NCBI RefSeq assembly: GCF_009914755.1
Contig: NC_060944.1
DNA length: 64,000 bases
Source: the human T2T-CHM13v2.0 reference genome, Homo sapiens
Reading direction: 5' to 3' (one strand)
The position numbers and the translations under genes were made by a program. Of the stretch, positions 29,857 through 45,891 are shown one piece after another. How positions within the stretch are numbered: position 1 is the first letter of the stretch; each line of letters opens with the position of its first letter. Under the pieces are notes generated by a model. The model was not told the DNA's origin and ran no database searches. It saw only the letters and a program-made list of their open reading frames with translations.

Positions 29857-30206
29857 GTGCAATGTGACTTCTTTGTAACATAATTTAAAAATTGGAAGGA
29901 TTTTGACTCTGTTTATGAAATAAATCATAGTGCTATTTTAAATTAAATGTATTTAAAGTATCTCTGTGTTGTCTTTGGTTAATGGCATTATCAGTGATAT
30001 TTACCTTATTCTTCACACTTTTTTGTGTTTCAGGTTTTCTATAATGAAATGAGTTACTTTTATAATTACTCAAACCCCAGTGTTATATAAACATACTTTA
30101 CTGGATATTATTTTATATAAGTGTGATATGTTACAATTCTGTCTCCATTTGGGGGGAATACATATTTAGTACTTTAACTTAAAAATATATTCCTCTCCTT
30201 ACCCAG

Positions 30207-30333
30207 GTCCATTAATATAAGATTTGCCACTCTCTTGGATACTCCTGGTGTGGAAAATCTTGTCAGCACCCTCATGTTGAATAAAAGCATATTGGAGGAC
30301 TTAGACCGTTACAACAAGGCTCGCAAAGACCCT
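30207..30333 (+). CDS. CFAP61: CFAP61 coding exon E (SINIRFATLLDTPGVENLV...NKARKDP)
   Basis: tcctctccttacccag| ... CCT|gtaagt; 127 nt, phase 2/0. Confidence 0.93.
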
Positions 30334-31617
30334 GTAAGTACCTGTTGTGACCAGACCTCAGGATATGGGACCATTATGATGACCCATGTAGATTCAGCCC
30401 TGAAACTTCCTTGGATCTGAGTTGGAAAATCATATGGCAGGGGGCAGTGGAGGTAGAGTTAGAAGATGGGAGCAAGAAGAGAAAACTGTGGAGACTGGGG
30501 CTTGAGGAAGTGAGACCATTCTCAGTGGGGATCCCCCAGAGGGATCAGATACCCAAAATCCTTCTCAGGAAGATAGAAAATTTGGACTTGATCCAAACAA
30601 TCATATCAAAATGAGATGGATCCTAGTCTTTGGGATAGGTAGATACAGTATGACCATGGTTAGGGAAGGGTAGCTTAGGAATCCATGGGTATCTGGTGCC
30701 CACCTCAGCAGCACTGGGTACCAGATTGAGGGTAGTGGGACCCTGTTTGAGCCTATGAGATGATGAGTCTGACCAGACCCTTTTGTTGAGCTGGTTGCAT
30801 CCCCCAGGATTACATGGGCTGGGAAAGATCCTGCATGATAAATGTTGGGTTCTCTTTCTAGTGTAGTAATGCATGTATGTGCTATGGCAAAAGTCAGGCT
30901 TGTGGCAGTCTGTAAATTAATACTGCTGTCTTAGGGCCATGACAGTTAATCTGACTACACATGGAAAGATGAAAGAATATTGTGCATAGTCACTTTTTTG
31001 ATACATTTTATTTTGAAAAAAAATTTATTGAGGTATAACCAATAAACAGTGTGATGGATTTCACAATTTGCATACACCATGTAACCAGCACATGTTTTAA
31101 GAAACAGACTTAACCACAGCCTGCTGGAAGTCCCCTGATGCCTCTACTCAGGCCTTTCCCTAAGTTAATACCACCTTGCTTCTAAGATCAGAGATTGGCT
31201 ATGCCTGTTTTTGAACTCTACATAAATGGAATCACACCGTTTGTTTTCTGATATCAAGTTTCTTTTGCTCAGCAATGTTTGTAAGAGTCATCCATATTAT
31301 AGCATGAAGTATTTCATGGCATGAATATACCACCATTTATTTCTTCATTCTACTGTTGAGGTCTTTCAGGGAGTTCCAGTTATTTGCTCTTTTGGAAAAA
31401 AACCTTTTAGTTAATTTTTAAGTCATCAGGAGGGAGACGCCAAACACCTAAACATAATGTCATATACACAAATGTTTACTATTTATAAAGGCATCAGAGT
31501 AAATTGAAATAAAACTTCCCTTCAGCACATGGTTTTTGCTTTGGTTTGTCTTGCACTCTTTTAGTTCTTCATTTTTTGCTCCTTCCCTCCTGGCCCTCTA
31601 AGTGGTATGAGGTCAAG

Positions 31618-33115
<1,498 letters not shown>

Positions 33116-33429
33116 GGCCAGGTATGGTGGCTCACGCGTGCAATCCTAGCACTCTGGGAGCCCAAGGCAGGTGGATTCCTTGAGGCCAGGAGTTCAAGAC
33201 CATCCTGGGCAACATGGTGTAACCTCATCTCTACTAAAAATACAAAAATTAGCTGAGCATGATGGGGCACGCCTGTAGTCCCAGTTGCTTGGGAGGCTGA
33301 GGCGCAAGAATTCCTTGAACCCAGGAGGCTGCAGTGAGCCGAGATCATGCCATTGCACTCCAGCCTGGGCAACAAGAGCAAAACTCCATCTCAAAAAAAA
33401 TAATAATAATAACAATAATAATAATAATA
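33116..33429 (+). mobile_element. Alu with (AAT)n tail, no visible TSD
   Basis: ggccaggtatggtggctcacg...aaactccatctcaaaaaaaa(taa)n. Confidence 0.92.
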
Positions 33430-33620
33430 TCTCATAGGGTTGGTGTGAGGATCCGGTGGACATAGGGAAGGCGTTTAACTTACTACCTGGCCAAAAGTAG
33501 GTGTTGATAGATGTTTGTTCTGTTGTTATGTGAACGTGGTTAAGACCCACTGTTGCCTGCTTACAAAAACATTCATAGCCATATTTTTAAGGGTCTTAAA
33601 ATATATGCTTATCTTTTCAG

Positions 33621-33698
33621 GATGGAACACTGCTGCAGGCATTTGTAGCTGAAGTTGCAGAACAAATAGTTGGTATTGCAGTGATCAGAAATGAAATG
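33621..33698 (+). CDS. CFAP61: CFAP61 coding exon F (DGTLLQAFVAEVAEQIVGIAVIRNEM)
   Basis: cttatcttttcag| ... ATG|gtaaat; 78 nt, phase 0/0. Confidence 0.93.
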
Positions 33699-35884
33699 GT
33701 AAATTGTGAAGTGGATATAAATTTCTTTGATTGTGCCTTGCTATATCATGAATTAGCCCACAGTGCCCCTTTTGGAGTTGTACTTTTACTTATTTAATGT
33801 GAATGCCTCCTTTTTCTGATGGATATCATCATCATCTGCCTCTATCCCACTTGAAGGACTTGCAATTCTCCATTTTTTTGCAGTTCAGAATATTTAATAT
33901 ATTACAAAGACCACATGAAAACATTCTCACCCTAAAAACTCAGATAGCTTTCCACCACCTATACATATATTAATATATTCCATATATTAATATGTTCTAA
34001 GTATTACTACTGTAGTGATGCATTTATACCTTCCAGCATTCTTCTTTGCACTTTATTACATATATCGTGTGTGTGTGTGTGTCAAATGGAAATGCCATTT
34101 TATTTTTTCCCAGTGCACAGCCAGCTATTTCAAAGCATTTATTACTGAATAATCCATTCGTTCCCTTTTGATTTTAAAATGCTGCTTTTACATTTATTAA
34201 GTTTCTATATGCCTATGTCTATTTTTAAACTCTGTTCTGTTCCGTGGATTTATCTGTTGATACCTATTGCATTATCATGTGCTTTTATATCTAATAGGGG
34301 AGTGTTCTCTCATTTGGTGTCTTCTAAATTTTCTTGTTTTTTGTTCTTGGTTATTTCCTCTCCCAAACCTTGTAATATTTATTATTAATATAATTGTACC
34401 TACGTGGATTCTATAGAACAATTTAGGGAGAATTGACATTAAAATATAGAGACTTCCCTATTAGGATCATGGATCATGGCTTTCTATGTTGTTGTTGTTG
34501 TTGAACTTTTTGGGTTCTTCAAAAACGTCTTGTGGCTTCTTTCATGTGGTTTTCTTTGCATCGTATTTTGTGCCATATGAGTTTTTGTTTGTCCTGTGGG
34601 TCCACTCTCCACCTTTCTCCACCCTGTTCTGTCTCAGGGAGCCTGACTGATGGGCACAGCATTATGGGTACCTTTGCCTTTTGGCTGCCCGTTGGGTTTG
34701 GTGGATGGAGAGCCCTGACAGAAGGAGGAGGGGTCAGTGATGTCAGGTGCCTCAGCAGGCTGATTGCCACTGAGTTCCCTGACATTTCAAGGCAGCCTCT
34801 TCATGATACTCTTTTGGATTCCTGTAACCAGCCCTCCTCCCGCGCCACCCTCTTAGAGTGGGAGTAGCTTGTAGTTGCTGCTGCACAGTCCCTACTTATC
34901 TCCTTACACCTGCCCCATCCTTGTAAATATTACCTTTGTTAAACCGCCCTCCAATTATCCTAATCTGATCATACTGTTTCCTGATGAGACCCTGACCTGA
35001 CACAGTTCTAGACGTTGATCACTTATTTCTACGTGTTTTGTGATTTCTCTTGGTATTCTGAGTATACACTTTTTCTCATATTTTCTAAATGTTTGTCTTG
35101 TGTATGGAAAAGCTACTAGTGTTTGTATTTTGATCTTGTATTCAATCACCTTTATGAAATATCTTTGAGCTTGGAGAGTTTTTCAGCTGATTCTCTTTTC
35201 TGCCACAGCCATCACCTCCACCCTATTCTACTGGTCAGACCAGTTAGAGGGCACGCTCAGACACAAGGGGTGGAGGCAGACTTCTCTCGATGGGGGTGTG
35301 GCAGAGTCACTTTGCAGAAGAGCATGAGGGATGTGGGATGACAGGTACTGTCCTGGTGGTCATCTTAGGATTCTTTGGATAAGAGAACCTGCTACACCTT
35401 CCTTTTCACTATTTATACCTTTAGTCTTTTTCCAGTTTTAGTGTATGGATAGAACAACATTGAGTAGTAGTGTTAATAATAGCTGGCTTTCTGGTGTTCC
35501 TGATTTTAATGGAATGATTCTACACTTTCCTTCATTTAGTGTAATCGTGGCTGTAGGTTTCTGATAGATATCCCTTATCAAGTAAGGGAAATTTTCTTCT
35601 CTTTCTATCTTATTAAAAGTTTTTATTATGAATGAGTGTTGAATTTTATCAAATGTGTTTTTGACATCGAGATGTTCACATGGCTTTATTTCTTTAATAT
35701 ATTACACACTTTTCTCTTTCTTAGATTTATTGCACTTTTTGATCCAATATTTCTTGGAGTTAGTTAATCTTTTAGAGATGGTGTTGGGTAGTAAGGTCCC
35801 TGAGTCTACACAAATATGATAAGTTTTCATTGGTCCTCATACTTGTATACTCATTTGGCTGTGTGTAGAATTCTATTCAAATTA

Positions 35885-36192
35885 TTATAATAATTATTAT
35901 TATTATTTTGGAAATGGAGTCTTGCTCTATCCCCTAGGCTGGAGTTCAGTGATGTGATCTTGGCTCACTGCAGCCTCTGCCTCCCGGGTTCAAGCGATTC
36001 TCCTGCCTCAGCCTCCTGAGTAGCTGGAATTACAGGTGTGCACCACCACGCACGGCTAATTTTTGTATTTTTAGTAGAGATGGGGTTTCACCATGTTGGC
36101 CAGTCTGGTCTTGAACTCCTGACTTCAGATGATCTGCCCCCCTCAACCTCCCAAAGTGCTGGGATTACAGGCATCAGCCCCCTGCGCCAGCC
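35885..36192 (-). mobile_element. AluS within decayed minus-strand L1ME-like sequence
   Basis: Full dimer with (tta)n tail. Confidence 0.92.
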
Positions 36193-38076
36193 TCATTCTA
36201 ATTATTTCTCATCAGAATGTTGTCTTCCAGTATCCAATGTCATTGATAAAATATAATCTGATACCAACCTGATTCTTGATCCTTTATGAATAAATGTGTG
36301 TTTCTTTGCTCTCCTTCTTGAGAATTAAATTTTCTTTTTGTATCTGGAATTCTGAAATTTTGCCAAGAAATATCATGTCTCTTTTGGCAGTTTGTCTTCT
36401 ATGATTTCATTAATTATTTCTTCTCCTCCATTTTCTCCATTCTTCTTTTCTTAAATTCTTTTTTAGATGGATATTAGATCTTTTGAATTGATTCTTCAGT
36501 GTCTCTAAACATATATATGTTACATTTTACTCATCATTTTAGATTTCCTCAATTTTGTCTTCCAAATCTCTAATTCTTCAGTTGTGTTTATTCTATTACC
36601 CAAGTATTCTATTGGAATCTTTATTTCAGAGTTCACCTATTTAACTTCCGAGTCTCTTTCTTGTTCTCTTATTGTTCCTTTTTGGTATCAGCTTGTTTAT
36701 TACATGTAAGATCCTTTTTGATCTCTCTGAGTATACTCTGTAGAATTTTTTTAAAAATTCTCTGCTATTTCCTGAATAATTTGTCTTCTCTGCAGTAAGT
36801 TGTATGTTTCTCTATGCTGGTCTTTTTTTATTTGTCAGTTTTCCTCAAAAGTCTGTCCATGTCATGAGTGAAAGATTAAATGATCAATTTGGGTGGCTGG
36901 CATGGGTATCCTTGACAGTTGTGCTTGTATGTTTCTCCATGGCATCTCCCCTGTCACTGGTAATGCCACCGCCCCTCTTTTTGATTGGGAGGGATGGCAG
37001 TATCTGGCTTCCCCTTGTGTGCTTGAATGGAGTACCAGCCGGCAGGCAGGGACTCCAGGTGACCCAAGGTAAGAAGGTTTCACCTAGTGGTAGGGTTTCC
37101 TTCCAGTGTAAAACTGCCTTACTTTTTTGTCCTCCATTATGCTCTCATTACACCAAAAATAATTTTTGTTGTTGTTATTTTAAGGGATTTGGGATGGGAA
37201 GAAAATTAGATGCACATGGCCCATCTGCTGTTTTGAGCTAATAACCTCTGTTGGCTCTTTGCTTTTTGTTTTTCAGTGATTTCTCAGCCCTATACTTATC
37301 ACTCATTTTATTTTATAATGAGAGATGCCTCCTTGGTAATTAAAGAAAAGTCTTATAGTATAAAGGCCATTACAGGGTCAATGCAGATTGAAAGGTTGCC
37401 AGAACTGCCCTAGGGTTCCGCCACTGGCCCGGTTACCCTGAGCTCTGTTTCCTCTGTGCTTTGTGACAGAAGCTGGAAAGGCAGGGGACCTCGAGGAGCT
37501 TGGCCACAGATGCCACAGTTTTCATGGATTTGCTGGTGCCAGCCTTGCTGATCACAGAACACATCAGGGGCCTTGCATTCTCCAATTTCTGTTCTTGAAA
37601 GTAGGCTTTTAAAACAATTTTACTGTGGAAAACAAGGAGAAATATAAGTTGGTGTTTTGCAACCTGCATATATGATTTGATTTTTCCTGCATTTTGGGTG
37701 CGTTTACTGCTGCTGTCATCAGAGAGTCACACTCACCTTGGAGTGCTCCCCTCCCCCCACGCTCCTGACAGCATACACTGCTGGGAGGTGACACAGGACA
37801 GGCTGGCCCAGGGCACAGTTAGCATGGAGACCTGGGATCCCAGTGCAGTGTGGGGACAGAGGGGGGACCAGAACTGGGCCTGTGGAAACGAGCAGTGTGC
37901 CTGATATTTCCTTTACATGGGAAGACACTCATCAGTCCTTTAAATTACCTTCCTCTGTAAAAATATTACACATCAAGGGGGATAGAAGGTTTAAGAAGTG
38001 CACAGGGATAAGTCCCAATTACGCAGTTTTATAGCAGGCCAGCCAGCCATACATGTAATCAAAATGTATGATATGG

Positions 38077-38410
<334 letters not shown>

Positions 38411-38848
38411 CTAACAGGTGAATAGTAATGCATCAGAGAACACCAGTGGCTCTGTTTGCCCGACTCCTGAATTTCCCACAGGCTCCGTCTCTTGTGCTGA
38501 CTGGCTTGTGCTCACATCGCCTGGCAGTGTCACGGAGCTGCTGTCCTGCCGCTTGGCCAATGGCACAGACTCGGGGCTCTCTGAGTTGATAGCAGCCATG
38601 GGTATGGAAGGAGCACATTACAAGCTGTGCTGCCATCCCCCAAAGACAATCCATCAGAACAACTAGCACTCAGGAAACGTAATTTCTAATTTAAAGAATT
38701 TACCATGGAGATGAGGTGGCAAATATGGAAGAGAAAAATACGTTTCTTACTATCATACCTAAAGTAATTTTTAAAAGATATTTATCACAAAATGCATGCC
38801 GTTTGTTTAAAATGCTTGTAGAAACCATCCCTTCTGTCTCTTCTGTAG

Positions 38849-39055
38849 GACATTGAGTACATACGGTCCCATTACAACATTGAAGATTTCATCTACTTCA
38901 GTCACCACCAGCGCGAAGAACACGGGCACATGCATCACTTTGCCCTCAACCCCATTTTCCGGCACTACACCAAGTTCTTTCTGAAGGAGATCCTGCGTTT
39001 AGGCTTTAAATCCTGTCTCTACTACCGTGTTTACCCAAAATCCAGAGAAGGCAAG
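38849..39055 (+). CDS. CFAP61: CFAP61 coding exon G (DIEYIRSHYNIEDFIYF...YPKSREGK)
   Basis: cttctgtctcttctgtag| ... AAG|gtaaga; 207 nt, phase 0/0; overlaps ORF 38930..39211. Confidence 0.95.
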
Positions 39056-39805
39056 GTAAGAGAATGGTGCAATTCACTTTCCCAGCAGGTCAACGTTCAC
39101 AGTGTTGTTGGTGTTGTACGCCGCATTCTATTCATTCCTCTCATGATGGGTTTTGATGATAACATGGGTCTGAATTTCCAATGGCCATATTTAGTTTGGC
39201 CTTTTTCATAAACTACAGTGACATTCTGTAGGCTTCGAATTTCTGACACAATCACAACTAATATAATTGGTAGTACAATATGTTGGCTTTTCTATATTGA
39301 CAAAATAGAGACTGAAAACTGTGCAGAAATGCTCTAAGAGCATGAAGATCTAATAATTTCTTATGATACGTGAGTACAATGCCAACATGATCCTATTCTG
39401 TTCCTTCAAGCCAAGAACATTTCAGTGATGAATCCATAGAATAAATTAATTCTATTTTAGAAGACTGGCATGCTATCCCAGCATTCCAAATAAGCACTAT
39501 ACACACCCCTACTAGGTGATGGAGAGAAAGTGCGGAGATGCCTGATGCCGATGTAACCCCATGTAACACTTGCCACATTTGCATGGAGTAATACTGTGGT
39601 AATAGACGCGAATCTGATGTGTATACATGGTGTGTATGTGCATGCACAGATAGCAAGTCCTCCATCTTACTTGCATACCTCCCATCCCACTTTAGTGTTC
39701 CTCATAGCACTCACCACCAACTGAAGTTATCTATTTTACCATGAACGCAGCCATGCTTTTATCTGTCTTGTTCAAAGCTGTATCCCCATTGCCTAGAAGA
39801 GTCAC

Positions 39806-39937
39806 AAACACACACACACACAGAGACACCCCACACACTCTCATGCATTCATGCACATATACCACACTCTCACACACACTCATGCGTTCACACATATACT
39901 CACCCCCCTCCCCCACACGCACACACTCACACACTCA
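39806..39937. repeat. CA-rich low-complexity tract
   Basis: Imperfect (CA)n. Confidence 0.85.
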
Positions 39938-42044
39938 TATAAGGTGTCTGGTTGTTCCACAGGAAAAGGCCTATTCAAGATAGATTCCCAAGGGTTTTTT
40001 TCCTGAAAATTGGTCTCTCAGTCACTGACAACATTGGTCCTCAACTTGATGTAGACTTGGGGGTGAAGGGATTCAACCACTAGAACAGGTAGAAGTTGTC
40101 CCGTAAGATTCCACTCATGAACTCAAACTTTCCCATGTTCTGCCTAGAGTCTTTGACATTGTCTCATCAGCACAAGGGAGCTAAGGGATCTTAAAATGCC
40201 TTATTATTAATATGTCTATTTATTAAACAATCTAAAGTGTGTTAGTACATATACACATAACAATAATTTTGCCAGTGTATTTTATTTAACGAAAACCTTT
40301 TGGAGAAGTCCAGAAAACCTTTTGGAGAAGTCCAGAGGGAATGGGGAAGAAAGAAGAAAAACAGAAAAGGTTTTGAGTGAGATGTAGACTCTGCTCTAGT
40401 TTTTTTTAGTTTTTGTTTTTTCCTGTCAAAATGCAGCACCATGGCAATGAAATGGCCCAGCTTTGAACTCACTGAGATGGGAAGGTAACAGTTCTGCTGG
40501 AAAATCCTGGTCCTGCACAGTTTTCTTTTACTTTGCACTTGGCCAAATGCCAGTTTTGTGACCTTCAGGATGTGATATTAAATTCTTGTTTTTATTCATG
40601 AAGTTGCCTGGATGTTCTGGGTTAGAGAAAGTCCATTTGCATCCATAATAAAAATAATACCTTGGGCATTTCATTAAATGTTTATACATTTACCTCAATA
40701 GTATGAAATTAGGAATATGTTCCACACTGTTGTATGTAGCCTCTAAAAACATGCTTGGAAACAGATTTCTTCTCAGTCTGCCCTTCCAGTTGATTTCACA
40801 TATTCATTTAAAACAAGTGTATGAAGCAGTTCCAAATAATTTGGGTAAGAATTCCCAAATTCTGCTATAAATCCCCAGTTGACTACAGTAAAGTTGAGCT
40901 TTTTGGCTCACATTATGGGGATGGTTTTCTCTGTATCCCTCTGGTCAGGGCATGTATTAAGAGCTCTTCCAGGCATAAAAACAGGGTGCTGGCTAGGGTT
41001 CTGTTTTTCAGTTTGCGAAGTCACGGTCTGAAGTCCAGTGGTGAAGGATTTTAGAAAACCATTTTAGAAGCTCTTAGAAGGGCCGGGGCTATTTTTAGAA
41101 CTGCAAAAAAGTCATAGGTAAACCATCTATTTATTAAAATGCATCTACAGTTGTTTTTCTGTCTTTGCTTTCCAGTCTAAATTCAATAAATGTATCATTA
41201 AAAGTTTTGATTTTACAGTCTAACTCTTCAGATTTAAATGGTTACGATGTCCTTAGTTCATTTCACCAAAACCCCTAAGATTTCATAAATGTGACAGAAA
41301 TAAAGATCACCATGTTTGGTTTTCTCTGCTAAGTTTTTAAAACTGGATAAAATCAATATTTAAAGCATTCCCCTAAGACATGATTTATCATAGTTCATTT
41401 CAATAAGTATAAATCCAACTCATAATTTAGTATTAGTCTAGATGTAAATAATATGATCTACTTCTCCCACACCCACCCCCACTTCCTAGTTTTATCTTTT
41501 TGTTCTAAAACAGTTTTTGTTGTTGTTGTGGTTGTTGTTGTTGTTGAACAAAGGTCTGGTTGAAGTCACTGTGAGTGACTTACAAACAGGAGGATTTTCA
41601 CATCCCTGCTAAGTTACCCCTTGGATGACATTTTTATCTATGTGTCTTCTTAAAGCAGCTTGTGCCAAACATGCAAAGGTTAACAGGATGCAGATAACAC
41701 AGCTTAATGGGGTCAGATCAAGCTGATGCATGATCACTATGGAGAAGAATATCCTCCCGGGGAAAATACTTGTACTGAAAAATCCCATAAACCAAACCAC
41801 TTGTTTATCTGTCATTCCCACAGAGATAGTAATGTAATTACTCTCGTAATTATCTTCATTAGTGTCAGGCATTATCTACAATTCATTCCTCTGCTCGAAG
41901 AGTATGTTTGTTTATTTGCTGATTTTTTTTTTCCTCTCTGACTTGGCCGAGTTAAGAGTTTTGTATTTGTAAAGCTGTACGCAGACATCTGTGCTGAGCC
42001 TCTCTGACATTCTCTCCCCTAAAATATAGATTGCTGTCTTTCAG

Positions 42045-42179
42045 TTCCAGAACCCCTACGCCCACTCCCTGACATCTGCCCTTCATTACTTGGTTCCCGT
42101 GCGACCACGACGACAGATTGTCTATCCTCTGGAAAAGCTTGGCATAAACGCTCCATCAAAGGCGGTCTCCAAGGATCCG
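42045..42179 (+). CDS. CFAP61: CFAP61 coding exon H (FQNPYAHSLTSALHYLVPVRPRRQIVYPLEKLGINAPSKAVSKDP)
   Basis: gctgtctttcag| ... CCG|gtgggt; 135 nt, phase 0/0. Confidence 0.94.
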
Positions 42180-43111
42180 GTGGGTAGCAGGGCGGCAGGC
42201 AGGGCGGCGCGGTGCCAGCTCCCGCGGGCCTGGCAGATGGGGTGGCAGTGCTGTCTTCACAGGAGCAGGCTGCTTCTTAATTACAGGGAACCTGGTGCTC
42301 ATACCCTTACAGGCGGAGCCCCGCGAAGGCTCCCCTGCAGCCCTTTCCCTCAAGTCGTTATTTCCCGGGAAGCCTAAAGCAGTAGCCACAGGACCCTGCA
42401 GGGTCATGCCATGAGGATACCTCTCAGGCTGCTGTGTCCCAGGACAAAAGGCCTAGAGTCATCCTCCAGCATATTTTCATTTTCTTTCCCTGTCCTCAAA
42501 AGCAGATTCCCCCTTTCAATGATGTTTTGCTTTCAATGCATTAAGTGGTCATTCGCTGTTAGGACAAAGCTGACAGAGAAAACAGAGCTGGCTGCATTCG
42601 AGATGTTTGGGCCCCGGGTCCTAAGCTGGTTTGTTTAACTCCCTCCTCCATTTGAATCAAGATGATTAACAGAAGCATATGAGCTGCCCTGGGGCAGCAG
42701 GAGTTTCTGACCTTAAAATGAATGGCCAGGGGCCACTTTTATTGGGAGAACAGGAAAAAGGACTGAAATCAAACCTAGATATTCTTTATAAATGGAAATG
42801 TACCTGTATACATACACACAGTTTTTTCAATAACTTAATTGGAAAACATAATTTTCTCATGTTGACTGATATGGGCTTGTAGTGTTTGTATACTCTTTCA
42901 CTTAAGTAAGTAAAAAAAAAAAAATCCCTCAGTGGGCTAACATTTGTCCTTTGTGAGACAGGAAAAAAGGAAAGTGTAAGTTTAAACTCTCCAAACACTT
43001 ACCCAAGGAGCTGCCCCTCAGAGCTGGAGACGATGCTGAAATAAACACCTCGCAATACGCTCGGCGCTGCAGGAAGGACATCACCCGACCCAGAGCCTGT
43101 CTTACTTGTGC

Positions 43112-43222
43112 GTGCACTGAGGGATGGGGCGTACCTCCATCAGACCAACTCAGAGGCAGCTTTGCGGGTGCACTGAGGGATGGGGAGGGCACCTCCATCA
43201 GACCAACTCAGAGGCAGCTTTG
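43112..43222. repeat. Two-copy ~56-bp tandem repeat
   Basis: gtgcactgagggatggg...acctccatcagaccaactcagaggcagctttg occurs twice. Confidence 0.92.
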
Positions 43223-45734
43223 TGTCTTACATTCATCTTTATATTTGTAAAATAACAAAAAATTTATATCATTGTAAATTTATATGTGAGTAGAAACTGT
43301 TCATATAAAGCAGGACTTCTCAATCTATCTGTCCTTTTTTTAATTAATGTGCAATTAGTCATGGACTGATAGTTTTGTAAAAAGTGAATTCCTGGGAAAA
43401 CAAGATTAGAAAGCAAAGACAGACAAAATTCTTTTATTATTAGATTTAACAGACATAGCATTACTCTGCTGGTTTGCTATAAAAGCTTCTGAATGCTTCT
43501 CTCGGTCTCTCTTACTCATATCTTCATAGACTTGTAATAGTTTGCACATGGGCACCTGTTCCAGAACACAGATTGAGTGGCACTGGAATGCCCACGCACT
43601 CAGCACCCAGCTGCAATGATTTGCAACTCCTTAGCTAATTTTGGATGATCTGTGCCCCCACCACTTCCCCTTTCTCCTATATCATTTTGAAGCAAACTCC
43701 AGATTCATATCATTTTATCTGAAGGTCACAGGCATATTCTTAAGTAGCAGGGTCCACAGCACTGGAGATGAGACGTGCCTAGCCCACCTGGAAGACATTT
43801 GGGATGGGCCACCATGTGGTCTGTTTGCATGTGAAGATCCTGGGAACAGACTGCTTTGGAAAGAGAGCCAACACCCAGAAGTTTGGTGCAAAGACAGTGT
43901 CTTGGGGTCAGAGACAGTGGCTACATGCTGTCTCCACCACTGAAACACAGTTTCCACAGAGGCAAACTGATCTCTGGAGAAGGCGCTGGGCATAGAAGTA
44001 CATGGATGTGCCAGGCGTACAACCTTGCAGCTTCCGTATCAGATCAGGGTCAGGATGAGAGATGCTGACCTTCTGCAGTCAGTGCTGACACTTATACTTC
44101 AGTGGCAGCCCACGGCTCCTGCACCTTCAGCCAGCCCTCTGGCAGCGTGGGTGGCCTGGCTGGAGCTGGAGGGAGGAGTCCAGAGCTGCTGCGTGGATAT
44201 CAGGAAGCATCGTTTTTATGAATATGAAGCAGTTCCACACCTGCCCCCTCCCTCCCACCCTACTGTGAGAATTTTCAGTTAGGTGACTTTGAGGTGAGTT
44301 GGAGCTCTAGGTGGGGAGAAAGCCAGAGAGAACATTTTATTTCATTTAAAATTATCTTATTACTGCTTCCCAGGTTGCTATGATCCGAAACCATTGCTTA
44401 CATTGAGTAACCTTTTCCATGTTTATCTCAGTATGCTGTGCCCCTCACCCCTGAGCCCTGGTGTATTTCAGCACAAAGCCAAGATGTATTGTTGAAACCC
44501 AGGGTCCAGGAAGACAGCCACTTAGCAAATGGGTGGGAGGATTCTAACACAGATGCCTGCTACCTGCTGCTCGTGCTATTGTGCTTGTTTCACAGGTGAA
44601 TTCTGACTGTTTAAGAAGCACTTTTATTGCTACTCATTGTACTCAAGCTTCAGAAAATTGTAATGGAGATTTAGATTTAGTAAACAAGATTCAGTGAAAA
44701 ATTTTAGACATATTAAAAGTTTAATCACAGGATTATTTATCGAGACCATAATCCCCATGGAATGGGCCTCGGTATTAAAAAGTTAAAATGCTAAATTATA
44801 TTATTAAAATTATTTTTCTCTTTTTAACATTTTAGACAGTTTTAATGTTTTAGAGTGATTATCTGACACAAGTTGAGCCAAGTAGAATATTTTTAGGAGG
44901 AATCTCAGTATAGCCCTCAAGACATTGTTTTCTTAGTAGAGCAATAGCATTGCAGTAGCAAACTGTGCAAGGCTGAGCAACTGTCATTACCAAATGAATG
45001 AATTTTCCCTTTAGGTTTCACATCTCCCACCGCCCCCCCGCCACAACCCCTCCCAGTGCATCAAGCTTTATATGAGACCCTCAGCTCCCTCACCATGTCC
45101 ATATCATTTCTCTTGCTGGCCACTCGTCTTTCATACCTTTTATCCTATTTAAAGCATCTTAGAGTGACCATCCAGTCCCTACCTTTCACCTAGGAAGCCA
45201 ATCTTCAAGGGAACAGATCACTCCAGGCATGAGTAATGGGATAGAAAGCATTTCATCTCGGTAGGTTGCCAATTTGAATCTGGCACAAGGAAGCAGTGAT
45301 TGAAATTCATCACTGCATGGCAGGGAAATATGCCCTCGCTCCCACCCCAAGGCCTTCCTAATTCCTGCCTGGTTTGGACGATCAGTGTCCCGGCCACAAC
45401 ACCTTCCCCGTCGTTTCTATTAATTGACAGCCTACCCCACAGCAGGTCATAAAAAAGAGCCTAGAAAACATAAATGATTTTCATCACACATTTCAGAATC
45501 AGGCCTCAAAGATTCATAGTAATGTCTCCACAGTCAACCAGTGTGAATGCATGGGTAAGAGAGAGGGCTTTTTCCTGACCAAGACCGTAATTGACATGAT
45601 AGACCTGAAAGATTCTTTTCTGAGCTTGAATGAGCCATCTTGGCCTGTGCTTTTACATTAGGAGAGTTACTCTCATGGAAGTTTTTATTAGATGACTCGT
45701 CAGGGCCTGCCTGCATAAGAATTATTATTTTTTA

Positions 45735-45891
45735 CAAAATTATTTTATTTCTTTAATTTTTAGTTTTTGTTGGTACACAGTAGGTATCGATGTTTATAGG
45801 GTACATGAGATATTTTGATACAGGCATGCAATGAGTAATAATCACATCATGTAAAATGGGGTATCCATCCATCCCCTCAAGTATTTATCCT
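45735..45891 (-). mobile_element. L1MA 3' terminal fragment
   Basis: gggtacatgagatattttgatacaggcatgcaatg. Confidence 0.8.

Noticed and set aside
30279-30284. AATAAA inside exon E
   Set aside because: Explained by the Asn-Lys codons; followed by a strong donor.
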